This document shows positions 46,027-55,631 of a stretch of 64,000 nt of DNA, in pieces (within the stretch, counting starts at the first letter, position 1; every line of letters starts with the position of its first letter). The DNA lies in contig CAYXRA010000002.1 in the NCBI GenBank assembly GCA_964467525.1, positions 32,517-96,516 of the forward strand, given 5' to 3'. Source of the DNA: an uncultured Calditrichaceae bacterium (lineage in GTDB: Bacteria; Calditrichota; Calditrichia; Calditrichales; Calditrichaceae). The notes below the pieces were generated by a model, which did no database searches, had not been told where the DNA came from, and saw only the letters and a program-made list of their open reading frames with translations. Made by a program: the position numbers and the translations under genes.

Positions 46027-48132
46027 ATGAAAATAGTCATTTCAAAATATCTGCTTTTACTTTTGGCCTTAATTCTGATTTCCGGCTGTACCTGGTTTAC
46101 CGCCCGTGAAAAAGTTTGGACCGATCTGCCGGATATCGATTATGTTCAACCCATCTATGCCGCGTATTTGCGGGACTGGAAAATTCTGCTGGATCCCGGT
46201 CACGGTGGCCAAAGTCATTTACCCGGTTATAAACGGGGACCGACCGGCGTGCGCGAGGCCGAGGTCAATTTACGCGTGGCGAATTATCTGAAAGCCCTTC
46301 TGGAAGAAGCCGGCGCAGAAGTTTATCTTACCCGTTACAACGATTCCTTTGTCAGTCTGGAAGCGAGAGCGCAGATGGCCGACAGTCTGAAGGTCGATTT
46401 TATGATCTCACTGCATCACAATGCTTCGGGAAATCCTTCGACTAATTTTGTTTCCGTGTATTATCACAAAAGGCCCGATCTCTCACCGGTTAGCATGGAT
46501 CTGGCCCGCTATGTGTATCAATCACTGGTCGACGGATTGCGACTGCCCCAGCTTTCACCGCTGGGACTGCATTCCGATCAGCTCATTTATCCGGATGGCT
46601 TTGGCCTGCTGCGCCGCACAAACGTACCGGCCATTCTCTGCGAGAGCTCCTTTCATTCCAATCCTGAAGAAGAACAGCGTTTAACGGACCGCGATTATAA
46701 CAAACGTGAAGCATACGCAATATTCAGAGGCGTCTGTCATTATGCCCTCGGCGGTATCCCCGAAGTAGAAATTTTCAGTACGGATATCATTCAGAGAACC
46801 AAAAAGCCGCGCCTTCGTGTTACCGTAAATGACGGCGTGAATGACAGAATCCGAAGAAACCGCCTGGATGTTTTCAACGATATGATTGCCGTTCATATTG
46901 ACGGCCGTAAGACGCCTTTTGTATTTGATAAGCATGCGGGAACGATTTCCGTAAGTACGGACAGCATCCTGGAAAACGGCGCTCACGAACTCGATGTTTC
47001 CATCGTTAATCTTTTCAAAAACAGTAATTGGTCACCCACCCAAAAATTCATCGTTGCCTCACCCTGCCGGGAAATTCGCTTTGAATATCCGCGTGATTCC
47101 ATCCTTGCTGATCAAAGAGCATACCTGCCTGTTGACATTATATTTTTTGATAAGGACCGGATGCCCGTTTGGGATAAATCACCAGTAGTTATCGAAGCAT
47201 CCGCGGGTATGCTCGAGCAACCGGATAGTCATTTAACCGATGGGAAAATGCGTGTTTATTTGCATCATGCAGGATCGACGCCATCGGCAACCCTTTACGC
47301 AAGGATGGACAGCGTCCGCGATTCGCTGAAAATCTATTTCAGGGAAAGCGGGCTGAATCTTTACCAGGGCGAGGTGCGGTCGGCTATGACCTTCGAGGCG
47401 CTCAATGGCGCCAAATTATTTTTGGATGACAGCCTGATTGCCGAATGTGATGCTTACGGCAGTTTCTTTGTCGATGGCCTGTCACCGGGTCGCTACAAAA
47501 TAAAAGTTGAAAAAAGGGGCTATCACCCCCATTCCGAAAATATTATTATTGCAGAAAATCAGACCACGGTTGGGAATTATTATCCCGGACCGATCGAAAA
47601 CGGCATATTTTTTAATCGTACGATCATAATCGATCCGCAATATGGAGGAGCTGAAAAAGGGGATTTACTGGCCGACACGCTAAGCGCCGCTAACTACAAT
47701 CTGGCCCTTGCACAATCTCTGGGCAAGCGGCTCCATGAAGCGGGGGCAGAAGTCCGGTATATCCGGGACAGTGACACGTTAATTACCGTAAATGACCGCA
47801 TAGACTCGGTGAATGTATTATCAGGCGACTGGTATCTGCGGCTGGGCAGCACTAAGATTACCGATGATACGGCATCGGCGGTATGTACTGTTTATCCGGG
47901 AAGTGTGAAAGGTGAACGCATCGCAGAACATCTGCTGGAATATCTCAGCCGGTTTAATTTTAAAACAGGACTAGAGCGGGGATTGTCTGTTCCGGAAGTA
48001 CGCAATACAAATAAAACTGCCCTTGCTCTGGAAATCAGAATCAAAGAACCACGACCGCCGGAGCAAATCGCCGCCCTTTTGTATAAGGCTCTTATTGACT
48101 ACTATACGGACAACTCGAATCAAAAGCAGTGA
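46027..48132 (+). CDS. N-acetylmuramoyl-L-alanine amidase (Amidase_3) lipoprotein with a second, degenerate amidase-like domain
   Basis: Lipobox LISGC. The N-terminal domain has ILLDPGHGG, EAEVNLRVANYLKALLEEAGAEVYLTR and MISLHHNA. A CarboxypepD_reg-like GSFFVDGLSPGRYKIKVEKRGYHP follows. The C-terminal IIIDPQYGGAEKGD...LALAQSLGKRLHEAGAEVRYIRD repeats the amidase layout. Confidence 0.8.
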   Translation: MKIVISKYLLLLLALILISGCTWFTAREKVWTDLPDIDYVQPIYAAYLRDWKILLDPGHGGQSHLPGYKRGPTGVREAEVNLRVANYLKALLEEAGAEVYLTRYNDSFVSLEARAQMADSLKVDFMISLHHNASGNPSTNFVSVYYHKRPDLSPVSMDLARYVYQSLVDGLRLPQLSPLGLHSDQLIYPDGFGLLRRTNVPAILCESSFHSNPEEEQRLTDRDYNKREAYAIFRGVCHYALGGIPEVEIFSTDIIQRTKKPRLRVTVNDGVNDRIRRNRLDVFNDMIAVHIDGRKTPFVFDKHAGTISVSTDSILENGAHELDVSIVNLFKNSNWSPTQKFIVASPCREIRFEYPRDSILADQRAYLPVDIIFFDKDRMPVWDKSPVVIEASAGMLEQPDSHLTDGKMRVYLHHAGSTPSATLYARMDSVRDSLKIYFRESGLNLYQGEVRSAMTFEALNGAKLFLDDSLIAECDAYGSFFVDGLSPGRYKIKVEKRGYHPHSENIIIAENQTTVGNYYPGPIENGIFFNRTIIIDPQYGGAEKGDLLADTLSAANYNLALAQSLGKRLHEAGAEVRYIRDSDTLITVNDRIDSVNVLSGDWYLRLGSTKITDDTASAVCTVYPGSVKGERIAEHLLEYLSRFNFKTGLERGLSVPEVRNTNKTALALEIRIKEPRPPEQIAALLYKALIDYYTDNSNQKQ

Positions 48133-48167
48133 CTGCCTTTATTCTTAATCATAAAGAGCGAAAAACT

Positions 48168-48431
48168 TTAATTGAGCCGTTCCGGGTTGACATTCAAGCG
48201 GTTCGAATAGCGTTTTTCACGATTCGGATCACCCACACGGGCTATATCTTTTAAAGCGGCATTTTCATCAACTGGCTGTGTCATTTTTGTATCGCAGGTG
48301 CAGCTGCCGCACGATTCGGCTTCGCTGCCGCCTTTACATGTATGTAATTCGGTGTCTTTACCTAAAATTTTTCCCAGTGACAGGAGTCCCAGGGCTATGG
48401 CAAATAAAACCGGTACTATTATAAATTCCAT
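48168..48431 (-). CDS. Small membrane-anchored Cys-rich protein (possibly NqrM/DUF539-like)
   Basis: 87 aa with an N-terminal TM segment (FIIVPVLFAIALGLLSL) followed by HTCKGGSEAESCGSCTC. RBS AAGGA lies upstream. The family assignment is weak. Confidence 0.35.
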   Translation of the reverse strand: MEFIIVPVLFAIALGLLSLGKILGKDTELHTCKGGSEAESCGSCTCDTKMTQPVDENAALKDIARVGDPNREKRYSNRLNVNPERLN

Positions 48432-48533
48432 ATCACATCCTTATTTTATCTTCGGAAATGTTAACATAATTTCGAATACGGATATTTCCAAATATAATTT
48501 AATCCGCAGCGCTTTGATTACTTTTTTAGCCAA

Positions 48534-49586
48534 TCAGCTGACGGCTGACTCCAGCAAACTGAGTTTGCCGCGTTTTCCATCAAATTTTACTTTTATGCCA
48601 AGTGGCAACGTCGGTTTGTCCTTGATATGTCCGATAGAGAAGCCGATACAAACCGGAAAATCGAAATCGCGGAAAATATCATCGATAACTTCTTCGACGC
48701 TGAGTGTATTGTTAAAGGCCGGCCTGTAGGAGGGCGGCTCAACGCGATCCATCTGATCGAACAATACACCGCGGCAGCTATCGAACTTACCGGCCTGCTT
48801 CAGGTGATTAAGCATTCTGTCCAGATCGTAGGGTTCTTCACCCACTTCTTCAATGAACAGAACGGCATCGGAAGCATCGAATTCATAGGGGGTGCCAATC
48901 GTCGCCTGTAACAAAGTCAGGTTGCCGCCGGTGAGCTTACCCGTGCCTTCCCCATCGCGATAGCTCCAGATGCGGTTGGTTTGCTGCAGATTTTTTTCGT
49001 AGGGGGCATCCTCAATTTCGCCGACCGGCTCCGCCCTGGTTAGTGTATCGAAAAAATATTTTTTGGTGTAATCGGTAAAAGTGGATATGGCCACCGGTCC
49101 GTGAAAGGTTACCAGTCCCGTCTGCCGGTGAATCCCTAAAAGGAGTGAGGTGATATCACTGTAGCCCAGTAAAATTTTCGGATTCCGGCGAATCAAATCG
49201 TAGTCGAGATGGGGCAACAACTGGCCACTGCCATAGCCGCCGCGAATGGCAACGATTGCCCGGACGGCATCGTCGGCAAACATGGCATGCAAATCATCGA
49301 CACGGTCTTTGACGGCGCCGGCCAGATACCCTTTTTTCTTGAGAACATTTTCAGCGATTTTTACTTTGAATCCCAGCGCTTCCATTTTTTCCGTCGCTTC
49401 GATTAGTGTCCGTTCCGCTTCGAATAAGGCAGACGCCGGCGTTACCAGTCCGACCGTATCGCCCAAGGAAAGTGCTTTAGGCTTGATGAGTGTTTGATCT
49501 TCGTTTGCTGTTCCTGCAAATTTTGGTAAAAAAATCAGGCTGCTGCCAAGCAGTGAATGGCTGATAAATTTTCTGCGTGAAAACAT
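48534..49586 (-). CDS. ldcA: LD-carboxypeptidase (peptidase S66, muramoyltetrapeptide carboxypeptidase)
   Basis: GYSDITSLLLG (nucleophile Ser motif), RGGYGSG and a C-terminal GHI block. The Tat/Sec-like leader MFSRRKFISHSLLGSS is chosen as the start (ATG after GGAG), because the tracked ORF extends 22 codons upstream. Confidence 0.8.
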   Translation of the reverse strand: MFSRRKFISHSLLGSSLIFLPKFAGTANEDQTLIKPKALSLGDTVGLVTPASALFEAERTLIEATEKMEALGFKVKIAENVLKKKGYLAGAVKDRVDDLHAMFADDAVRAIVAIRGGYGSGQLLPHLDYDLIRRNPKILLGYSDITSLLLGIHRQTGLVTFHGPVAISTFTDYTKKYFFDTLTRAEPVGEIEDAPYEKNLQQTNRIWSYRDGEGTGKLTGGNLTLLQATIGTPYEFDASDAVLFIEEVGEEPYDLDRMLNHLKQAGKFDSCRGVLFDQMDRVEPPSYRPAFNNTLSVEEVIDDIFRDFDFPVCIGFSIGHIKDKPTLPLGIKVKFDGKRGKLSLLESAVS

Positions 49587-49781
49587 GATGACTCCATATT
49601 GATCATATTTTTGTTGTCCGACTAAATTAGCATTCCTGTCATTTTTATGCAATTTTTGCAGATCAATTTTTTAAGATAAAGAATTTTCAAAGAAAAAATT
49701 CATTTTAAAAGGCTTTGTTATTAATTTAATCTTTGTCGGATTTACATCCATGTTTTTTCAGGCTGGAAGAATCAATTGGTT

Positions 49782-50765
49782 ATGGAAAAAAAACATCACT
49801 ATTTAACCGGTATTGCGGTATTTGTAATTTTCATTTCCGCATTTACTATAACTCCGCTAATCGGTGACAGCGAAATCAGTTTAAAAAAGGCGTTTCTGAA
49901 TCCCGGTTCACTGAGCGCACAGGTGATTTTATCCGTAAGGTTGCCGCGTATTGTTTTTGCGTTTCTTGTCGGCGGCGGCCTGGCGCTGGTGGGGGCGGTT
50001 TTTCAGGCTTTGCTGCGTAACGATCTGGCCACGCCTTACACGCTTGGTGTATCATCCGGCGGGGCATTCGGTGCCGTGGTGGCAATTAAAAGCGGCCTGA
50101 TATTGCATGTTTTTGGCCTTTCGACCATATCTTTGTTTTCGGTGGTCGGCAGTCTGCTGACGATTTTCATCATTTATATGATTGCCAGCAACCGCTGGGG
50201 CATTTCGACCTTTACATTGATTCTGGCAGGTGTTACGATCAGCCTGTTTTTTTCAGCTTTAATTTTGTTTATTCATTACATTGCCGACTACACGGAAACC
50301 TATCGCATGGTACGCTGGTTGATGGGTGCGCTCGATGTGGCGGGTTGGCAATACCCGCTGTTGCTTTTGGCAACCCTCGTTATTGTTTTCCTTTATTTCT
50401 ATTTTAATGTACCGGCTTTTAATTTGCTGCTCGCCGGTACGGATATCGCCATTACCAAAGGTGTCAATGTTAAGCTGCTGCAAAAAAGCAGTTTTATTCT
50501 GGCATCGATATTGGTTGGGATTACCGTTTCGCTGGCCGGGCCCATCGGCTTTGTGGGGCTGATTGTGCCGCATGTGATTCGTCTGCTGATCGGGCCGGAT
50601 CATCGCTGGCTTTTTCCTGTGGTTGTTATTACCGGCGGTTCGTTTTTAGTGTGGTGCGATACCATCGCCCGAACCATCATTTACCCGGCCGAACTGCCGG
50701 TTGGCATTATTACATCCCTCCTTGGCGGTCCGTTTTTTATTTATCTGCTCATTCGAAAAAAATAA
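49782..50765 (+). CDS. FecCD-family ABC permease (iron-siderophore / cobalamin type)
   Basis: SVRLPRIVFAFLVGGGLALVGAVFQALLRNDLATPYTLGVSSG and LLGGPFFIYLL are typical of BtuC/FecCD permeases. About 9-10 TM segments. Confidence 0.8.
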   Translation: MEKKHHYLTGIAVFVIFISAFTITPLIGDSEISLKKAFLNPGSLSAQVILSVRLPRIVFAFLVGGGLALVGAVFQALLRNDLATPYTLGVSSGGAFGAVVAIKSGLILHVFGLSTISLFSVVGSLLTIFIIYMIASNRWGISTFTLILAGVTISLFFSALILFIHYIADYTETYRMVRWLMGALDVAGWQYPLLLLATLVIVFLYFYFNVPAFNLLLAGTDIAITKGVNVKLLQKSSFILASILVGITVSLAGPIGFVGLIVPHVIRLLIGPDHRWLFPVVVITGGSFLVWCDTIARTIIYPAELPVGIITSLLGGPFFIYLLIRKK

Positions 50766-50834
50766 TGGTGAGCCGGAACACCGAATCAGTTATTCAGTGA
50801 AGATCGGGAACAAATGGCCGGCATCTGCCCGGCA

Positions 50835-51722
50835 TCACTTGCAATAGTTGTATTTAAAATATTCTCCGTTTTTGTCTTCCAGGTAATACAACCTGCATAT
50901 AGAACTGTCTTCAGGTTTATAATCTTTGTTTTTCAGATACCTGAGACCGGCGGTGTTATCCGTTGCCAGATATACTTCGGCTTTGGTATACGGAATGGCA
51001 TAGGTTGCCGATATGCGTCGTGCGGTTTCCAGCAATGCCTCCCGGGAAACTGAATCGGGTACCGCAACAAAGACTTTAACCTGATAATTTTTTTCAAGGA
51101 GACCGACAAGCCGTCCGGTTTGCACAATAGGCACAGGCACACCGGCATTGCCGATCTTATCGAGATTGAGTGTCAGAAAAAGATCGTCGGTATTTTTTTC
51201 AAGCACGCGTATTTCAATTGCACCCGGGAATACTTTTTCCTGGTATGCCCGGCCTGTTTTGCGGGCCCGTGCTTCCGCTTTCTGTTCAGATTCGTAAAAG
51301 TCGGAATCAAGTCTTAAATATATAGTTTTATATAGATCTTCCTTGTCGAAAAACATTTCCGCGTTAAAGGCCGGGAGGATGCTGTCGACGAAGGCCGCGG
51401 CCATTTTAGTGCGGCTCAAATGCCGCGGACCGACCAGATCACTGCGTACCCAGCCCGTATGACCACTTTCACCGGTTTGCACCTGGTACCAGCCGTTGAC
51501 ATTTCGCTCGATTATAACCCGTTCACCGTCCTTTAATTGCCTGATGACTTCCGCGTTGGTGGAGTGATCGGAGCGCAGATTAACCGTTTCCGCATGCACG
51601 AAAGCAACGGGCGCAGATAATGCAGCGGTTCCATTTGCCGGCTCCGCTTCCTTTTTTACGGCTTCGGGTGTACAGGCAAAAAGTGCCAGCAGGATCGGCA
51701 GGATTGCGTAAATACGCAGCAT
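50835..51722 (-). CDS. SH3b-domain lipoprotein, function unknown
   Basis: Lipobox LALFAC. VNLRSDHSTNAEVIRQLKDGERVIIERNVNGWYQVQTGESGHTGWVRSDLV is a bacterial SH3-like pattern. I do not recognise the rest. Confidence 0.5.
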   Translation of the reverse strand: MLRIYAILPILLALFACTPEAVKKEAEPANGTAALSAPVAFVHAETVNLRSDHSTNAEVIRQLKDGERVIIERNVNGWYQVQTGESGHTGWVRSDLVGPRHLSRTKMAAAFVDSILPAFNAEMFFDKEDLYKTIYLRLDSDFYESEQKAEARARKTGRAYQEKVFPGAIEIRVLEKNTDDLFLTLNLDKIGNAGVPVPIVQTGRLVGLLEKNYQVKVFVAVPDSVSREALLETARRISATYAIPYTKAEVYLATDNTAGLRYLKNKDYKPEDSSICRLYYLEDKNGEYFKYNYCK

Positions 51723-51846
51723 AAATCGTCTCCGGTAATTTGATTTAAAAATGAGCGCTAAATTAAATAAAAATGGTACGCTTTACAACAGTCCCGATCT
51801 TCGAATCCCTGTAGTCACCTTCTGCAAGTAACGTGAAATCTATTTT

Positions 51847-52176
51847 CTATTTTGCCTCCTTGGCCTCCTGCTGCGAAAGAAAATTGGAAACAGCCATTTC
51901 TCTTTCCGCTTCATCACGCATACCTTTTTGTACATAAAGCCGGGAAAGCGCCGTGTGTGCAAGGGGATCGTATTTATTAATTTCGATCCACTTTTTTACC
52001 ACGGGAATCGCTTCATCTATTTTTCCCATCCGGTTAAGGGCCTCGGACAGGGCGCTGTAAGCCGCTTCGAAGTTATTGTCTAATTCTATCGCTTTGCGAA
52101 AAAAAATCGTGGCCCGTTCGTAGTGTCGTTCAGCAAAATGCTGAAATCCTTTATTTAAAAGATCTTGTTTTGTCAT
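51847..52176 (-). CDS. Small TPR-repeat protein
   Basis: The start is placed at the ATG after AAGGGGG (MTKQDLLNKGFQHFAERHYERATIFFRKAIELD...). Three TPR-like units. The tracked ORF is 35 codons longer. Confidence 0.6.
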   Translation of the reverse strand: MTKQDLLNKGFQHFAERHYERATIFFRKAIELDNNFEAAYSALSEALNRMGKIDEAIPVVKKWIEINKYDPLAHTALSRLYVQKGMRDEAEREMAVSNFLSQQEAKEAK

Positions 52177-52545
52177 AGTTCCCCCTTTTAAGCTTTTGCC
52201 AACGCAAAACGTGAAGGAAATATTTTCGTTGCCTGAAATTTTAAATAATGGGGATAATATTGCGGGAAAAGATATCCGCATAATCCAGGGTAATCATTTG
52301 AATATATATGAATATTATTGAATCGCGGATCGGTGAGTTTTATCAGAAAATACTAATCCGGCTAAGGGACGATTTTAATTATTGAATGATTTCATCATAC
52401 AACTAACTTTAAGTTGTAAAAAATATAAAAAATTGTTAGTTTTATGCATAACGCATTGAGAGCGTATTAACGGGCATAATTACAATTTAGTTTTAAAGGA
52501 ATTGTATAATTATTTATTGATTTTGTATAAAAATTAACAAGGTTT

Positions 52546-52995
52546 ATGATTATGTCTTCCAAACATTTGCGCCAGTCCAAAATAAAAGAGATCATTACAA
52601 CCCAGGTTGTTTCGAGCCAGGAACAATTATTGGATGTATTACGTAACGCGGGTTTTGATACCACCCAGGCAACGCTTTCCAGGGATTTACATGAGATCGG
52701 CATTGTACGGGTACCTAATGAACGGGGATTCAAATATGTTTTTCATAAAGATGATAATTCCCAGGCTATTAAACAAATTATCGGGATGGAAATCATCAAT
52801 GTCTTAAATAATGAATCAACCGTAGTTGTAAGAACCATGCCGGGCAGAGCTCAGGGCGTAGGTATTTATCTCGATAAATTGCAAAACAGCCACATTATCG
52901 GTACCGTTGCCGGTGATGATGCGATTATTATTATTCCTGACTCTCATGAAAATATTCCGCTTCTGGTCGAAAAAATAAAAATGATTATGGGCTGA
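52546..52995 (+). CDS. argR: Arginine repressor ArgR
   Basis: The winged-helix N-terminus is RQSKIKEIITTQVVSSQEQLLDVLRNAGFDTTQATLSRDLHEIGIV. The C-terminal oligomerisation/arginine-binding region is GTVAGDDAIIII. The ATG at 52552 is an alternative start. Confidence 0.85.
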   Translation: MIMSSKHLRQSKIKEIITTQVVSSQEQLLDVLRNAGFDTTQATLSRDLHEIGIVRVPNERGFKYVFHKDDNSQAIKQIIGMEIINVLNNESTVVVRTMPGRAQGVGIYLDKLQNSHIIGTVAGDDAIIIIPDSHENIPLLVEKIKMIMG

Positions 52996-53113
52996 ATGTA
53001 AATATCGGGGATTTTTCGAATACCGGTAAATCTTTTATTTACATCTGCTTTATTATAATCCGCATTTGACCGATCTGTCGTTTGGAAAAGATAAAAATAC
53101 GTTATAAAATAAT

Positions 53114-53142
53114 TTGACTAAATTGTAATATCTTGTTAAATT
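53114..53142 (+). promoter_or_regulatory. Sigma70-like promoter candidate for rplM-rpsI
   Basis: TTGACT, a 17-nt spacer, then TAAATT, about 45 nt upstream of the rplM start. A Bacteroidetes-style TAnnTTTG (TATTTTTG) also occurs within 53150-53160, so the promoter type is ambiguous. Confidence 0.3.
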
Positions 53143-53184
53143 CAAGGCTCTATTTTTGAAAATTATTGACCGGGAGGAAGTGTC

Positions 53185-53625
53185 TTGAAAACATATATTG
53201 CGCGGGAACAGGAAATAATCGATTCAAAGCGCTGGTATTTAGTGGACGCCGAAGATCAGGTTCTTGGTCGGATGGCAAGTAATATCGCCCGAATATTAAT
53301 CGGCAAGAATAAGCCGATTTATTCTCCGCATCAGGATGTCGGTGATTTTGTTGTTGTGGTTAATGCCGATAAGGTTGCACTGACCGGACGGAAGATGCAA
53401 ACGAAAACTTATTTTCGCCATTCCGGATATATCGGTGGTGAAAAAATCACCCCCATATCCGCAATGATGAAACATCATCCTGAACGCGTGGTTGAAAGTG
53501 CGGTAAAACGCATGATGCCCAAAAATGCATTGGGACGGCGGATGTTCAAAAAGCTGAAGGTTTATGCAGGTCCGGATCATCCGCACAAAGCTCAGCAACC
53601 GCAGGAATTAAATTTTGACAAATAG
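53185..53625 (+). CDS. rplM: 50S ribosomal protein L13
   Basis: WYLVDAEDQVLGRMASNIARILIGKNKPIYSPHQDVGDFVVVVNADK. TTG start follows GGGAGGAAG. Confidence 0.95.
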   Translation: MKTYIAREQEIIDSKRWYLVDAEDQVLGRMASNIARILIGKNKPIYSPHQDVGDFVVVVNADKVALTGRKMQTKTYFRHSGYIGGEKITPISAMMKHHPERVVESAVKRMMPKNALGRRMFKKLKVYAGPDHPHKAQQPQELNFDK

Positions 53626-53638
53626 TCAGGAGAAATAG

Positions 53639-54028
53639 ATGGAAGTATACGTATCAACAGGCAGGCGCAAATCTTCGACAGCCCGAATTCGTATGATCCC
53701 CGGAAACGGTAAATTTTCGATCAATGGCGATAATGATTTGCTCTCCTATTTCAAACGTGAAGTACTGAAAATGGATATTGAACAACCGCTTGAAGCGACT
53801 GAGAATCTGGATAAATTTGACTTTCAGGTTCGTGTTGACGGCGGCGGGCTTTCGGGTCAGGCCGGCGCGGTGCGTCTGGGAATTGCCCGGTGTTTGCTGG
53901 CTTACAGCGAAGATTATCGCAAGGTTTTGCGGCAGGGAGGTTTTTTAACCAGAGATCCGCGTGCCAAGGAAAGGAAGAAATACGGTCTGGCAAAAGCGCG
54001 CAAGCGTTTTCAATTTTCAAAACGTTAA
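53639..54028 (+). CDS. rpsI: 30S ribosomal protein S9
   Basis: GRRKSSTARI, GGGLSGQAGAVRLGIARCL and a C-terminal RKRFQFSKR. Confidence 0.95.
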   Translation: MEVYVSTGRRKSSTARIRMIPGNGKFSINGDNDLLSYFKREVLKMDIEQPLEATENLDKFDFQVRVDGGGLSGQAGAVRLGIARCLLAYSEDYRKVLRQGGFLTRDPRAKERKKYGLAKARKRFQFSKR

Positions 54029-54050
54029 TCAGAACTTTAAAAATTTTTTA

Positions 54051-54077
54051 AAAAAGCCAGAGCTATCTGGCTTTTTT
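54051..54077 (+). terminator. Rho-independent terminator after rpsI
   Basis: AAAAAGCCAG-AGCTAT-CTGGCTTTTTT, a hairpin followed by a T run. Confidence 0.6.
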
Positions 54078-54188
54078 AATGTCGAATATCAATACACACA
54101 TTAACCGTTTGCATTCCGGGTGTTCGTTTAAATAATGAATTGGGATGTTATAGGTTGATGGAGGCTTAACCCAACAAAGGAGAAACTT

Positions 54189-55034
54189 ATGCCTACAGTA
54201 ACACTGGAACAGCTGCTCTCAGCAGGCGCCCATTTTGGACATTTAACCCGCCGCTGGAATCCCAAAATGAAAGAATACATCTTTATGCAGAAAAGCGGCA
54301 TTCATATCATTGATTTAAAGAAAACCCAATCCGCGATTGATCAGGCGCTTAATGTTATCCGCAAAGTCGTTTCGGAGGGTTACGATGTGCTTTTCGTCGG
54401 TACAAAAGTTCAGGCCAAAGAGATTATTGCTTCGGAAGCGCAGCGCTGCAATCAGTTTTATGTATCCAATCGCTGGCTGGGCGGGATGATTACAAATTTT
54501 TCAACGATCAAGAAATCGATTAAACATTATAAAAATCTGGTTAAAATGAGCACCGATGGTACTTATGAGAAGCTCACCAAAAAAGAAGGTTTGATGATAG
54601 ATCGCGAGAAGGAAAAACTGTATAATGTTCTGGGCGGCATCGAAGATATGAAGCGTTTGCCCGGAGCCATTTTCGTGGTCGATACTAAAAAAGAATATAT
54701 TGCCGTTAATGAAGCGCGCAAGCTGAACATCCCGGTTATCGCCATGGTCGACACAAATTCTGATCCTACGATCATCGATTATCCGATTCCGGCCAATGAT
54801 GACGCGGCAAAGAGCATTCATTTGGTTACCAGTTTAATTGCCGATGCGATTATCGATGCTAAACAAAAAGTGCAGGAAGAGAAAGCGCTGGAAGAAAAAG
54901 TTAAGGAAGAAAAAAAGGTAAAAGAAGAGAAGAAGGCGCAGGATAAGAAGCAGGAGCAGCCTAAAAAGGATGCCGGGGAAACCAGAAAGAAAAAAGAAGT
55001 TAAAACCGAAAGTTCTAAAAAGGAGTCAGAATAA
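54189..55034 (+). CDS. rpsB: 30S ribosomal protein S2 with K/E-rich C-terminal extension
   Basis: [19 protein letters not shown] and [11 protein letters not shown]. The last ~50 aa are lysine/glutamate-rich low complexity. Confidence 0.95.
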   Translation: MPTVTLEQLLSAGAHFGHLTRRWNPKMKEYIFMQKSGIHIIDLKKTQSAIDQALNVIRKVVSEGYDVLFVGTKVQAKEIIASEAQRCNQFYVSNRWLGGMITNFSTIKKSIKHYKNLVKMSTDGTYEKLTKKEGLMIDREKEKLYNVLGGIEDMKRLPGAIFVVDTKKEYIAVNEARKLNIPVIAMVDTNSDPTIIDYPIPANDDAAKSIHLVTSLIADAIIDAKQKVQEEKALEEKVKEEKKVKEEKKAQDKKQEQPKKDAGETRKKKEVKTESSKKESE

Positions 55035-55630
55035 TGGCAGATATTACAGCAGCAATGGTTAAAGAATTGCGGGAAAAAAGCGGCGCCGGTATGATGGATT
55101 GCAAAAAAGCGCTGCAGGAGGCCGACGGAGACTTCGATAAAGCAATCGAGATATTGAGAAAAAAGGGAATTGCCAAAGCTGCAAAACGTGCCGATCGTGA
55201 AGCGAAGGAAGGCTTAATCGCCTCATACATTCATCCCGGCAGCAAACTGGGCGTACTGGTCGAGGTTAATTGTGAGACGGATTTTGTGGCCAATAATGAG
55301 AATTTTAAGGAATTTGCCAAAAATGTTGCCATGCATATCGCGGCAAGCAATCCCCTGGCCGTAAGTCGTGAAGAACTCGATCCGGCGCTTGTTGCCAAAG
55401 AAATGGAAATTTTTAAAGATCAGGCCAAGCAAACCGGCAAACCCGATCATATACTTGAAAAAATTGCCCAGGGACGTTTGGAGAAATATTACGGCGAGGT
55501 TTGTCTTTTGGAACAATCCTATGTGCGCGATCCGGATAAAACGATAAAAGATATTCTTACGGAAGCTGTCGCGCAGATCGGTGAAAACATTACTATCAAA
55601 AGATTTGCAAGATTTCGTATCGGGGAATAA
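55034..55630 (+). CDS. tsf: Translation elongation factor Ts (short form)
   Basis: [42 protein letters not shown]. The ATG overlaps the rpsB stop codon (TAATG). Confidence 0.95.
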   Translation: MADITAAMVKELREKSGAGMMDCKKALQEADGDFDKAIEILRKKGIAKAAKRADREAKEGLIASYIHPGSKLGVLVEVNCETDFVANNENFKEFAKNVAMHIAASNPLAVSREELDPALVAKEMEIFKDQAKQTGKPDHILEKIAQGRLEKYYGEVCLLEQSYVRDPDKTIKDILTEAVAQIGENITIKRFARFRIGE

Positions 55631-55631
55631 A

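Noticed and set aside
51800-51819. tRNA-like 3' fragment TTCGAATCCCTGTAGTCACC, which could be an att-site remnant of an integrative element.
   Set aside because: The sequence upstream does not form the T-stem (no CAGGG partner), the D arm or the anticodon arm. There is no second copy in the window and no integrase nearby. It is probably chance resemblance to a T-loop.
55581-55631. Tracked upstream start for pyrH (55581), which overlaps tsf by 50 nt.
   Set aside because: The conserved UMP kinase N-terminus ([18 protein letters not shown]) begins at the ATG at 55632, right after the tsf stop codon. The extension has no homology support.
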